A DNA stretch of 64,000 nucleotides from an uncultured virus (IMG/VR IMGVR_UViG_3300008003_000324) (lineage: Duplodnaviria > Heunggongvirae > Uroviricota > Caudoviricetes). Position numbers and translations under genes: made by a program. The stretch lies in the IMG/VR virus record IMGVR_UViG_3300008003_000324; one strand, 5' to 3'. The notes beneath the pieces are model-generated. The model did not search any database. It had not been told where the DNA came from and was given only the letters and a program-made list of their open reading frames with translations. This document shows, piece after piece, positions 9,018 through 17,400 of the stretch. Every line of letters begins with the position of its first letter. Positions within the stretch are counted from its first letter, which is position 1.

Positions 9018-10688
9018 TTAGTGTTTGGATATTGTATTGCCCATAAATATTTTAAGAACATCGTCTTCACGCAAGTTCTTAGCTTCAACATAGCCTCTGT
9101 TCATAGTAAATATTTTATGTTCACCAGTGCAGGTTACGGATTTTCCACTTTTTTCACACGTTATGGTGATAAGTTCTTCACTAATTCCGGTTTGTGCAAA
9201 ATCCGTTATTTCACTATATACTTCGGTACCGGTATTCAAATCATATGATTTCACTTTAACGCTTCTATGAGCAACCAGATACTTAGCCAAATCTTCTATT
9301 ATTATAGTTTCAAGGATTTCGTCATCCAGTAAGACATCTATCGTTGTATCCCCAACCACACACAAATTGCTCTGTTCTATAGGATGAAGTTTCGATATGA
9401 AAGACCCTTGTGTGTTACAATGATCGATATTTTGGATGTAGATACGACCCGTCGAGACTCTTTCATCCATTATCGTACCAAACACTTCTAGAGCCGGTAG
9501 ACTGTATTTCATTTTTATCTTTCTACTTCTCTCATATTTTTCGTATATTCTTTCAAATTCATCGTTATCTCCGGAATAGAATGCGTCCATCAAGTCTGGA
9601 ACCTCGTGGGGAGAAAAGAAAGTTATTTTCCCACCCTCTATCAACCTTTTATACGCCAATCTGTTTAATTGTACTCCGTAGTCCATATGTCTGATTCTAT
9701 TCTCTTCGACCCCTTTATTGTTTTTCAGAACAATAAGATTTTCAAACTCGTAATGAAAGAAAGGCCAATACACAGTCGCAGCACCTCCCCTAACCCCACC
9801 TTGACTACAACTTTTTAGCGCAGCATGAAAATATTTCAAGAAAGGAATGACCCCAGTGTGTTTGATCTCTCCGTTTCTAATCTCAGAACCAACTGCTCTG
9901 ATCCTACCAGCGTTTATGCCAATCCCTGCTTTACGTGAAACGTAATTTACGATAGAAGAAGCTGTTGCGTTTATACTGGAAAGTGAGTCACCAGAATTAA
10001 TTAATACACAAGAACTGAACTGTTTGGTAGGTGTTCTTACTCCCGCTAAAATCGGTGTAGGAACAGAAATGTCCCACTTACTCAAGGCATCGTAATATTC
10101 TTTTACGAACTTCATTCGAGTGTCTTCGGGATAGCCATGGAAAAGAGTTGCTGCAATTAGCATGTATGCCATCTGTGGTGTTTCGTAGTATTCTTTTGTT
10201 ACGCGGTTTTGGACAAGATATTTTCCTAAAAGTTGTTTCATTCCTGTGTAAGAAAATTCGAAATCCCGGTCATGTTTGATCATCTTGTCCATCTTGCGCC
10301 ACTCTTGATCATCATACCATTCAAGAAGTTCTTTCGTGTAATAGCCGGTTGCGACATTCTTCTCTACCAATTTTTTAATTGGCCACGGGGTAATCATACC
10401 GTATACTTCTTTCCTGAGATTAAAGTTAATCAATTTGGCTGCAACGTATTGATAATTTGGGGCGTCCTCAGATATTAAATCTGCCGCCGTTTTAGTCAAT
10501 GTAGAATGAATCTCGGTTGCCTTCATTCCATCAAAAAACTGTAACTGGCTTTTAATTGCGATGTCGGATACCGAAACACCGGTTACATCTTCGCAAGCCC
10601 ATGTCAATATTTTGTGTATCTTATCTAGGTCTAGGGGTTCTTTTCTTCCGTCTCGCTTTTCTACCAAAATTTCTTTTTTAGCGTTCAT
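9018..10688 (-). CDS. nrdA: NrdA piece 1: N-terminal extein (442 aa, ATP cone) + IntN1 (114 aa)
   Basis: VEKRDG ATP cone, TPTKQFSSCVL, SQGGVRGG, IEQSNL|CVVGDT...CTGEHKIFT.NRG; AGGAGA Shine-Dalgarno. Confidence 0.95.
   Translation of the reverse strand: MNAKKEILVEKRDGRKEPLDLDKIHKILTWACEDVTGVSVSDIAIKSQLQFFDGMKATEIHSTLTKTAADLISEDAPNYQYVAAKLINFNLRKEVYGMITPWPIKKLVEKNVATGYYTKELLEWYDDQEWRKMDKMIKHDRDFEFSYTGMKQLLGKYLVQNRVTKEYYETPQMAYMLIAATLFHGYPEDTRMKFVKEYYDALSKWDISVPTPILAGVRTPTKQFSSCVLINSGDSLSSINATASSIVNYVSRKAGIGINAGRIRAVGSEIRNGEIKHTGVIPFLKYFHAALKSCSQGGVRGGAATVYWPFFHYEFENLIVLKNNKGVEENRIRHMDYGVQLNRLAYKRLIEGGKITFFSPHEVPDLMDAFYSGDNDEFERIYEKYERSRKIKMKYSLPALEVFGTIMDERVSTGRIYIQNIDHCNTQGSFISKLHPIEQSNLCVVGDTTIDVLLDDEILETIIIEDLAKYLVAHRSVKVKSYDLNTGTEVYSEITDFAQTGISEELITITCEKSGKSVTCTGEHKIFTMNRGYVEAKNLREDDVLKIFMGNTISKH
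9021..9362 (-). mobile_element. split intein 1, N-half
   Basis: Block A CVVGDT, block B CTGEH, ends at a stop codon. Confidence 0.92.
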
Positions 10689-10781
10689 TCTTTCTCCTAA
10701 TTGTTGGGCGCTGGGTGATGATTATTTAGACCCGAAGGGGTCTTTCAAGAAATATTCTTTGAGTATCTTATACTTATGTCT

Positions 10782-11327
10782 TTACTTTTGCAAGAGTCGT
10801 ATCAACTCGTTGTAGCATGGGTATTTTTCGGAAGACACCGTGTAATAATACTGCATTCCATAAAAGATAATTTCTTTCTTGGATTTTAACGCATCGTTCA
10901 ATGACGTATTGTCTGAGGTGTATGCGTATTCGATTGAATCTTCCATCATTTCTAAAGCTTTTCCTTTGTCGACCAAATCTAATCCTAACAATTTGGTATA
11001 AGAGTATCGATACTCTTCGTGATCATTGATTCTAGGATTGAACAAAAATTTGAACCCGTTTTTCGGGAAGATGTAGTGTGTTTTCATCCCATCTTTTTCA
11101 CTATGAGGACCGTTGACGACTACTGAACGCATGTGAATGTTCCGATGCTCCTTTTGCAAAGCATCTCCGATAATGCGAATGAAACCAACTGGTTTTTTCT
11201 TATGGCGTACTTTAACTTTGCGAAAATATTTCCCATGGTCATCGAACGCTTTCAATGCTGGATATACGCTCGTGATAGAAAGAAAATCGGAGCATTCTTT
11301 TTTTATGTTTTCTATTATCTTGCTCAT
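10782..11327 (-). CDS. hypothetical protein
   Basis: Long ORF (track start 11366; ATG 11327 likely), CATAAATA upstream. Confidence 0.65.
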   Translation of the reverse strand: MSKIIENIKKECSDFLSITSVYPALKAFDDHGKYFRKVKVRHKKKPVGFIRIIGDALQKEHRNIHMRSVVVNGPHSEKDGMKTHYIFPKNGFKFLFNPRINDHEEYRYSYTKLLGLDLVDKGKALEMMEDSIEYAYTSDNTSLNDALKSKKEIIFYGMQYYYTVSSEKYPCYNELIRLLQK

Positions 11328-11459
11328 ATTGCCAATATAAATAATCTTGTCCAGTCTCAATGACAAAGTATAAAGACTTGCTTATTCAAAGAGAAGAGTG
11401 TGAGTTATATTTATGCGGCAAATACATAACATGATACTAAAGATAAATACTTTAAAGGC

Positions 11460-13100
11460 TTGAATATATTCATGGCAACTATAAAATATCAATGTGATAC
11501 CTGCAAGAGGGACATCGAACTTCTAGAAAACTCCAGAGGGTTGAACATGTTCAGCTCGTGTACAATAACCGAAGGTTGTAGGGGTAAAATGTATAAACTC
11601 TCTAGAAACGCTTACAATTTTCGCGAGGCTTTTCGAGAAGCGGACCCTGCTGGTAATCTTGAAAACTTTGCCCCTAGGAAAATATTTTTCAAGCATTACC
11701 AAAGCATTCTATCAGACAAATGGATAATTAAACACAACCTCAATACGCAACCGGTCGTCAAGGTTTTTCTGGAATCAGAAGATGGGACACAAATAGTGCC
11801 GGTGGGTTCTAATGTATTCAGCGTTATAAACAAATCTTCAAACGAACTAGAGATTGTTTTTAGTGGATCTTTCACCGGACAGGCTCATTTGATTGCCAGA
11901 AGTATTTCGGAAGACAGTATAGATACAATTCCAGATACAGAAAATCTCACCCAAATTTCTTACAACAACACGTTATCTTTTGCAGTCATATCCAGATATA
12001 GAACGCCATTTCGAGAAATATATACAAACGGTCCAATACAGTTGGACATTGTTCTGCAAGAACCGAATGAAGAGCCTATTTTTTGTGTCGAAACCTTATC
12101 TGGGTTAGAAGCTGGCTTGTCGCCTTGGAATGATTTTAGGTCAATTCTTTTCAGAAGAAGGCGAAACTTCAATGTGAAAACCAAAAACATAGCAGATTTT
12201 AGAGTTATAAAAGATCGCTATGAGTCATTACAAGACATTCCACAGTTGACTCGTCTAACAATCAAAGGAATAAATTTATTTCCTGATACGGAAACTTTTA
12301 GTGAAATAAAGTCTAAACAACTTTTGTTATTGTTAGCGAACAGTCCATATGACAAAGCAGATAAGAATTTGGGACAATTGATTGACATTGGCGAAATAGG
12401 ACAAAAATCGGAGAATACATCATTTGTGTTTGTGAATGGTGTTTTATATTCTGACCCATCCAACATTGAAGTCGTCTATCCAAAAATAGAAAAAGATGTT
12501 GTAGTGGCTCCGTTGCCGTCCAGCACCCCAACTCCTACAGTGTCTATTACATCGTCAACCGCGCCAACACCTACACCGACACCTACCCCTACAGTGACGC
12601 CTACAGTGACGCCTACAGTAACGCCTACAGTGACGCCTACAGTGACGCCTACACCTTCGGGCGTGTCTTTTTGTTGGGTAGGAGATACTACGGATTGGTC
12701 TGTTTTTGGGTCTGAGTCGAACCCGTATTTTGACGGAACCTGTTTTGTTTATGGTGAATTCGGTTCGTCAGTTTCAACTAACCCGATAGAATATTCCGGT
12801 TCGGGGGTTTCTTTGTCTCACGGTATAAGATTCGAACTGTTGTTGTCCGGACCGACACCCAATATTGACGTAGATATACAAATTAATGCTAATAGTCTAA
12901 TAGGACCAACTGTTGTTGACACAGTTGAACTAACAAACGGTGTTCCATTTGTATATGAATTAGATGAAACTTCTGGCCTGTTCGATGGTGTTTCTTCATT
13001 AGACCCCGCGTCTATATCAGTAAGCTACACGAGAATAGATAATTATGATGTCGTAACCATTTGTAATATTGAAGCTAGAAGCCAAGATTGTGCCCCTTAA
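11460..13100 (+). CDS. putative virion protein with Pro/Thr linker and C-terminal beta domain
   Basis: N-terminal CxxC, W.I.HNL...P.V.V motif, (PTVT)n linker, GATAAATA upstream. Start may be ATG 11472. Confidence 0.7.
   Translation: MNIFMATIKYQCDTCKRDIELLENSRGLNMFSSCTITEGCRGKMYKLSRNAYNFREAFREADPAGNLENFAPRKIFFKHYQSILSDKWIIKHNLNTQPVVKVFLESEDGTQIVPVGSNVFSVINKSSNELEIVFSGSFTGQAHLIARSISEDSIDTIPDTENLTQISYNNTLSFAVISRYRTPFREIYTNGPIQLDIVLQEPNEEPIFCVETLSGLEAGLSPWNDFRSILFRRRRNFNVKTKNIADFRVIKDRYESLQDIPQLTRLTIKGINLFPDTETFSEIKSKQLLLLLANSPYDKADKNLGQLIDIGEIGQKSENTSFVFVNGVLYSDPSNIEVVYPKIEKDVVVAPLPSSTPTPTVSITSSTAPTPTPTPTPTVTPTVTPTVTPTVTPTVTPTPSGVSFCWVGDTTDWSVFGSESNPYFDGTCFVYGEFGSSVSTNPIEYSGSGVSLSHGIRFELLLSGPTPNIDVDIQINANSLIGPTVVDTVELTNGVPFVYELDETSGLFDGVSSLDPASISVSYTRIDNYDVVTICNIEARSQDCAP
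12588..12653 (+). repeat. 12-bp tandem repeat (CCTACAGTGACG, about 5 copies) encoding PTVT
   Basis: Read directly from the sequence. Confidence 0.9.
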
Positions 13101-13115
13101 ATAGGAACAATTCTA

Positions 13116-13727
13116 GTGAATATTGATGTCCATATAATTAAAAATGACCGAGGATATCTTGACGAATGTTTGGAAAGTTTGGAAGGTTCTCCGATAAATC
13201 TACACTTTGTTGATTATGTAGACGGAAATCACGGAAAAGCCAGAATAAAAGGATTCATGCAAGGACATTCCCCGTATGTTTCTTGTTTCGATGATGATGA
13301 CATTGCTGTTCCCACAGTGTTTGAGAGAGCATTGCGGGTAATGGAAAAGGGCTATACCGCATATTACTCCAATCATTACTATCTAGACGAAAATAGACAG
13401 GTAAAAGGCAAGCGCTTTGGCAAGATTGCAGCAAAACCGGGGATGGGACAGGCTGCACAAATGCATCACGTTGTTGTCTATAGGAGGGACGTAATACTAC
13501 CCGTGTTACACTTGCTAGATGGAATATATGCATCAGACCAGCTTTTATTAAACCTAAAGGCAATATATGATGGGAAGGTATTGGGTGATCCATTCATGGG
13601 AATGTATTGGAGGATTCATGAACACAATTTACACAAAAGAAAAACTTTTAATAACAAAAACAACCCCAAGGAATGGCAAGATGCGGTAGAATACTATAAA
13701 AATGAGATACAGAAAAGAAATGATTGA
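13116..13727 (+). CDS. glycosyltransferase family 2-like
   Basis: ECLESL, ARIKG, YVSCFDDDD acidic motif, YWRIHE. Confidence 0.8.
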   Translation: MNIDVHIIKNDRGYLDECLESLEGSPINLHFVDYVDGNHGKARIKGFMQGHSPYVSCFDDDDIAVPTVFERALRVMEKGYTAYYSNHYYLDENRQVKGKRFGKIAAKPGMGQAAQMHHVVVYRRDVILPVLHLLDGIYASDQLLLNLKAIYDGKVLGDPFMGMYWRIHEHNLHKRKTFNNKNNPKEWQDAVEYYKNEIQKRND

Positions 13728-14319
13728 TGTGCATGTAATTCAAACAGGTCGAAAATATGCCAAAGAATGCTTGGACAGTTTGCACGATGAGCCTATAAAT
13801 CTTTTTTTGTCAAAATTTATCGAAGGTCGTATAGGATTAGCCAGAGTTAAAGCAATCATGGAGGGAAATTCCGAATTTGTATCTTTTGTGGATGACGACG
13901 ACATATTGGTCCCCGGCACTTTTGGAATAGCTTTAGAAGTTCTCAAAAAAGGATATTCGGCCTACTATACTAATCATTTTGTAATGGATTCGGAAAAAAA
14001 AGTTTATGGCAAGTGGTTTCACAAACCAGCTAAACCAATCGGTTTTTCCCAAAATATACAAATGCATCATGTAGTAGTTTATCGTAGAAGTATAATCGAA
14101 CGTGTGTTTGATTCGACCGCGTTGGCCAGAACAAGCGAAAGAACTCTATTCAACCTAGCATCAATCTATCACGGGGTTGTATATGGCGATGACAGAATGG
14201 GATTATACTGGAGAGTACACGACGATTCCGCACACAACGTGAAATGGGAAAACCCGAAAGAATGGCATATAGAAGTCGATAGATATCAACAAAAAATATT
14301 GAACAAACAAAAGAAGTAA
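13720..14319 (+). CDS. glycosyltransferase family 2-like, tandem paralog
   Basis: IDVHVI, ECLDSL, FVSFVDDDD, QMHHVVVYRR, YWRVH shared with the preceding gene. ATG 13720 likely (track: 13702). Confidence 0.8.
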   Translation: MIDVHVIQTGRKYAKECLDSLHDEPINLFLSKFIEGRIGLARVKAIMEGNSEFVSFVDDDDILVPGTFGIALEVLKKGYSAYYTNHFVMDSEKKVYGKWFHKPAKPIGFSQNIQMHHVVVYRRSIIERVFDSTALARTSERTLFNLASIYHGVVYGDDRMGLYWRVHDDSAHNVKWENPKEWHIEVDRYQQKILNKQKK

Positions 14320-14324
14320 ATGAT

Positions 14325-14984
14325 ATGTCTGAATTAATAGACGAACTTGCAAAAGAGGTTGGGGGAAAAGACATCTACATCATCGGGGGTGGAAAATCTT
14401 TCAATCCTTCAGCAGAATATGTTACCAAAATTCCTAAAGACAGAACCATTTGTCTTAATTCTGCGCTACAAGATTTCGACACATGCCTCGCTTGTATGTT
14501 TATGGATTCCAGTTGGCAAGGAAATAATAAAAAACTTTTGGATGAAAGAAGACAGAAATACGCACTAAGAGTCAATCTAGACCGAAGAGTACATACACCA
14601 CAAAGAAATGACTATATTATGTATTTGCGAAATTCTATGATATCCAGATGTTCTTTTGGACCAAACTACAGATTAAAGAGATATGACGTGTGTGGTAACA
14701 ATATAGGGGTGTGTGCTATCGATCTCATGGATCAAATGGGGGCAAAAAACATCTATCTCTTTGGCTTTGACTGCACTTCTGATGGAACTTCGTCCCACTA
14801 TCATAATAGATACAGGATCGTGGTCAAACAAAAAACATATGATGATAAGCTGATACCCTGCTTCAACTCTCTCGCCGAACATTTAAAGAAAAAAGGAACA
14901 CACCATCGAGTCATCAACTTCTCACGACCAACCAATATAACTTCTTTGCAGTCAAAAAGTCTGGAAGATTTCGATTTTCCCTAA
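14325..14984 (+). CDS. Maf/DUF115/sialyltransferase-like glycosyltransferase
   Basis: IYIIGGGKS...CLN...MGAKNIYLFGFD....HYH pattern. Confidence 0.6.
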   Translation: MSELIDELAKEVGGKDIYIIGGGKSFNPSAEYVTKIPKDRTICLNSALQDFDTCLACMFMDSSWQGNNKKLLDERRQKYALRVNLDRRVHTPQRNDYIMYLRNSMISRCSFGPNYRLKRYDVCGNNIGVCAIDLMDQMGAKNIYLFGFDCTSDGTSSHYHNRYRIVVKQKTYDDKLIPCFNSLAEHLKKKGTHHRVINFSRPTNITSLQSKSLEDFDFP

Positions 14985-14993
14985 TGGTTTTTG

Positions 14994-15024
14994 GATGTCC
15001 TAGGTAGTCTCAACCTAGGACATC
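14994..15024. terminator. hairpin between convergent genes, probable terminator
   Basis: GATGTCCTAGGT-N7-ACCTAGGACATC perfect 12-bp stem. Confidence 0.65.
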
Positions 15025-15042
15025 GTTGCGTGATGGTAAATC

Positions 15043-16050
15043 TTAGACACTGAACGGAAAATTGATAGCCGGAAGAGGGTCATAATCTGATATAACAAAA
15101 GAATCTTTCGTTGCGTTTTCACAAAATTCTCTCAGGTTATCATAAGTAGGGACTTTTATAGTTGGTGAAGGTTTAATTTCACGCTCCATTTGTTCCCGGA
15201 AAAGTTCTATTTGGTCCTCATAAATGTGGATGTTGTGCATTACGTGAGAAAGTTCTCCAGTCTTCAGATTGGTCATGTTAGCGACTATACGGAGTAGCAG
15301 GGCGTAGCTTGCTATGTTGTACGGGACTCCCAACGGGTAGTCACAAGACCTTTGGACCATAGTCATGTGTAAGTATCCATCCAAGATTGTAAACATATAT
15401 GTAATATGACACGGAGGGAGTGCCATTTTGTCCAGTTCACCGGGGTTCCAATGGGTTACAATCAGTCTACGATCATCGATACCTTTACTGATCTTGGAGA
15501 TGCACATGGACAACTGATCGACACTTCCACCGTCTGGTCTCTTCCAATCTCTAGCCTGTACTCCGTAAATCCTACCAAGATCATCTTGTCCTTTTCTGCT
15601 TGGATTATTTAACCACTGCTCGTTGTCGTTTGCGTTCGCATCCCAAATTTTGCAGCCCTCTTCTCTAAACAGAGCGGCGCTGTCGTGTCCTTTAATGAAT
15701 CCTATCAGTTCTGCCGCAATAGGACGAATATCCATCTTCTTGGTCGTAAGAAGTGGAAATGCATCGGTATCGGACATATCATATTTTGTCATCTCGGCTC
15801 GTATAGTGAGACACCGTTTTCCGGTTCTTTTGTTGTAAACCCAAATACCCTCTTCTAGAAGTTTTTGTCCCACTCTATTGTATTCTCCGTCGAAAAATAC
15901 TGAATTTTGTTTCTGCATTAATTTTTGTACCTCTTGATAGCATTCTTGTCCCACAAGGTAATAATCCATTTGTGACAAGCATTGAAAATCCAAATCGCCA
16001 CAATGCTCTTTAATCTTGTCCAAACACTTCGTGTTCATTGTTTTTACCAT
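15043..16050 (-). CDS. thyA: thymidylate synthase
   Basis: LGRIYGVQ.R, RRL...WNP, LPPCH, QRSCD..LGVPYNIASY, HIY. Confidence 0.96.
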   Translation of the reverse strand: MVKTMNTKCLDKIKEHCGDLDFQCLSQMDYYLVGQECYQEVQKLMQKQNSVFFDGEYNRVGQKLLEEGIWVYNKRTGKRCLTIRAEMTKYDMSDTDAFPLLTTKKMDIRPIAAELIGFIKGHDSAALFREEGCKIWDANANDNEQWLNNPSRKGQDDLGRIYGVQARDWKRPDGGSVDQLSMCISKISKGIDDRRLIVTHWNPGELDKMALPPCHITYMFTILDGYLHMTMVQRSCDYPLGVPYNIASYALLLRIVANMTNLKTGELSHVMHNIHIYEDQIELFREQMEREIKPSPTIKVPTYDNLREFCENATKDSFVISDYDPLPAINFPFSV

Positions 16051-16114
16051 TTTTCTGGGAGTATTTACATATTTTATAGACTTGTGACAACTGGAGTCAA
16101 ATATAATCCCAAGT

Positions 16115-16122
16115 TATAAATA
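16115..16122 (+). promoter_or_regulatory. T4-type late promoter TATAAATA (representative site)
   Basis: Same 8-mer lies just upstream of genes at 35045(+), 61193(+), 4305, 32302, 34317, 48781, 52127 and 57740 (all -); NNTAAATA variants precede many others. Confidence 0.75.
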
Positions 16123-16149
16123 AAGATAGACAAGTTATCAAACAAATCC

Positions 16150-17400
16150 ATGAAAGAACGTATTAACGTAGAATTCAGTACGCGAGTTGTACTCAATGAA
16201 ATCAACCCGGATACCGGCGAAAAATTGAACCTTTTAGATAAAAGCAACGCCGTTCATTCTCAAAATATGGCTAGGGTTATTGCTAAAGGTCTGGCCAACG
16301 AACCAAACCATTTCATACACAGAATAGCTTTTGGGAACGGCGGTAGTTTCACTGACGCGGGAGAAGTCACTATATTAAACCCTCCTAATGACGGTACCAG
16401 AGGTGACGGTTGGGAATCTAGACTCTACAACGAGACTTATTCTGAAATAATCGATGAAGGCAACTGGGAGTTAACCGCAGGGGAATATGAATTTTTCGAA
16501 AATAGTGAATTTGGTACGGACCCCGGTTCATATGGACCGAATTCTACCCGACCGGGTGGTGGCGCTGTTCCTAGTGATGACCCCGGTGGTGGTGGTGTTA
16601 CTTCTGTAGAAGTGGGACGAAAATCTAACATTGTTGCCAGAATGTTCATTAATCAAAACGAACCGACCACGCAATTGCCGGGAGTGACAGTAGATAGCAC
16701 TATTACCGACTCGGAAAAAACTTTTGAATTCGATGAACTAGGTTTCTACACACGCGGCCAACCCGCTAGTGCTAGTCCCGCCGAATCCGTCGTGAATGTC
16801 AACAATAAGATATCTAGCGACTCAATCCCGGCTTCTATGTTTGGCAATTTCTACAATTTCAACTACGAAGTACAGGGCCAAGCTCGCACGGTAGAAATAA
16901 CTATACCCGGCTCCGGTTCTGGTTCTGGTGGAGAAGTTACCTACGGTGATCTCTGTGAGGGAATAAACACTGGTGCTTGGTTAACTGGTGGCGATACCAC
17001 AGAGTTGGACAACGATTTGACTGTTTTGATCACGGACCAAGAGGGAGGGTCTACGTATTCTACGATTTCTGGGGAAGAGACATTCGGAAATTTGGTATTT
17101 AGAAGTGTACTTCAGGGTTCCACTGCAACATTACAATTAGAGTGCTCTAATTCTGGTAGTGATTTTCTATTTGCGTTGACCGGCGATTGTACTAAAGTTG
17201 ATACGTCATTAAGTACCGGGGTTAATGCTGGCGTACAAAACGATGCGGCAAATCCCGGTAATGAAAGAGAGCGACTACTAACTCATATAACATTTTCGCC
17301 TATCCTTAAAAAGGCCAACAGAATAATTGAGATTGAATATACCCTAACTGTTAGTGTTTCTCAAACACAAAGCACTTCGACTCGACTGGAAAACGTTTAA
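16150..17400 (+). CDS. putative virion structural (baseplate-associated) protein
   Basis: NAVH..NMA..IA..L, IAFGNGG, FEFDELG, LLTH..FSP..K..NR...IEYTL; late promoter upstream. Confidence 0.65.
   Translation: MKERINVEFSTRVVLNEINPDTGEKLNLLDKSNAVHSQNMARVIAKGLANEPNHFIHRIAFGNGGSFTDAGEVTILNPPNDGTRGDGWESRLYNETYSEIIDEGNWELTAGEYEFFENSEFGTDPGSYGPNSTRPGGGAVPSDDPGGGGVTSVEVGRKSNIVARMFINQNEPTTQLPGVTVDSTITDSEKTFEFDELGFYTRGQPASASPAESVVNVNNKISSDSIPASMFGNFYNFNYEVQGQARTVEITIPGSGSGSGGEVTYGDLCEGINTGAWLTGGDTTELDNDLTVLITDQEGGSTYSTISGEETFGNLVFRSVLQGSTATLQLECSNSGSDFLFALTGDCTKVDTSLSTGVNAGVQNDAANPGNERERLLTHITFSPILKKANRIIEIEYTLTVSVSQTQSTSTRLENV

Noticed and set aside
5492..10688. nrdA as a pseudogene, or interrupted by group I introns
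   Set aside because: Both breaks fall inside inteins with intact splice residues, each piece has a Shine-Dalgarno, and the spacers are too short for an intron core.
12588..12653. Tandem repeats here and at 39545-39592 as a CRISPR array
   Set aside because: 12-bp in-frame coding repeats with no spacers; no cas genes seen.
15043..16050. thyA as a dCMP hydroxymethylase for DNA hypermodification
   Set aside because: It keeps the dUMP-specifying Asn (PYNIASY) and canonical ThyA motifs.
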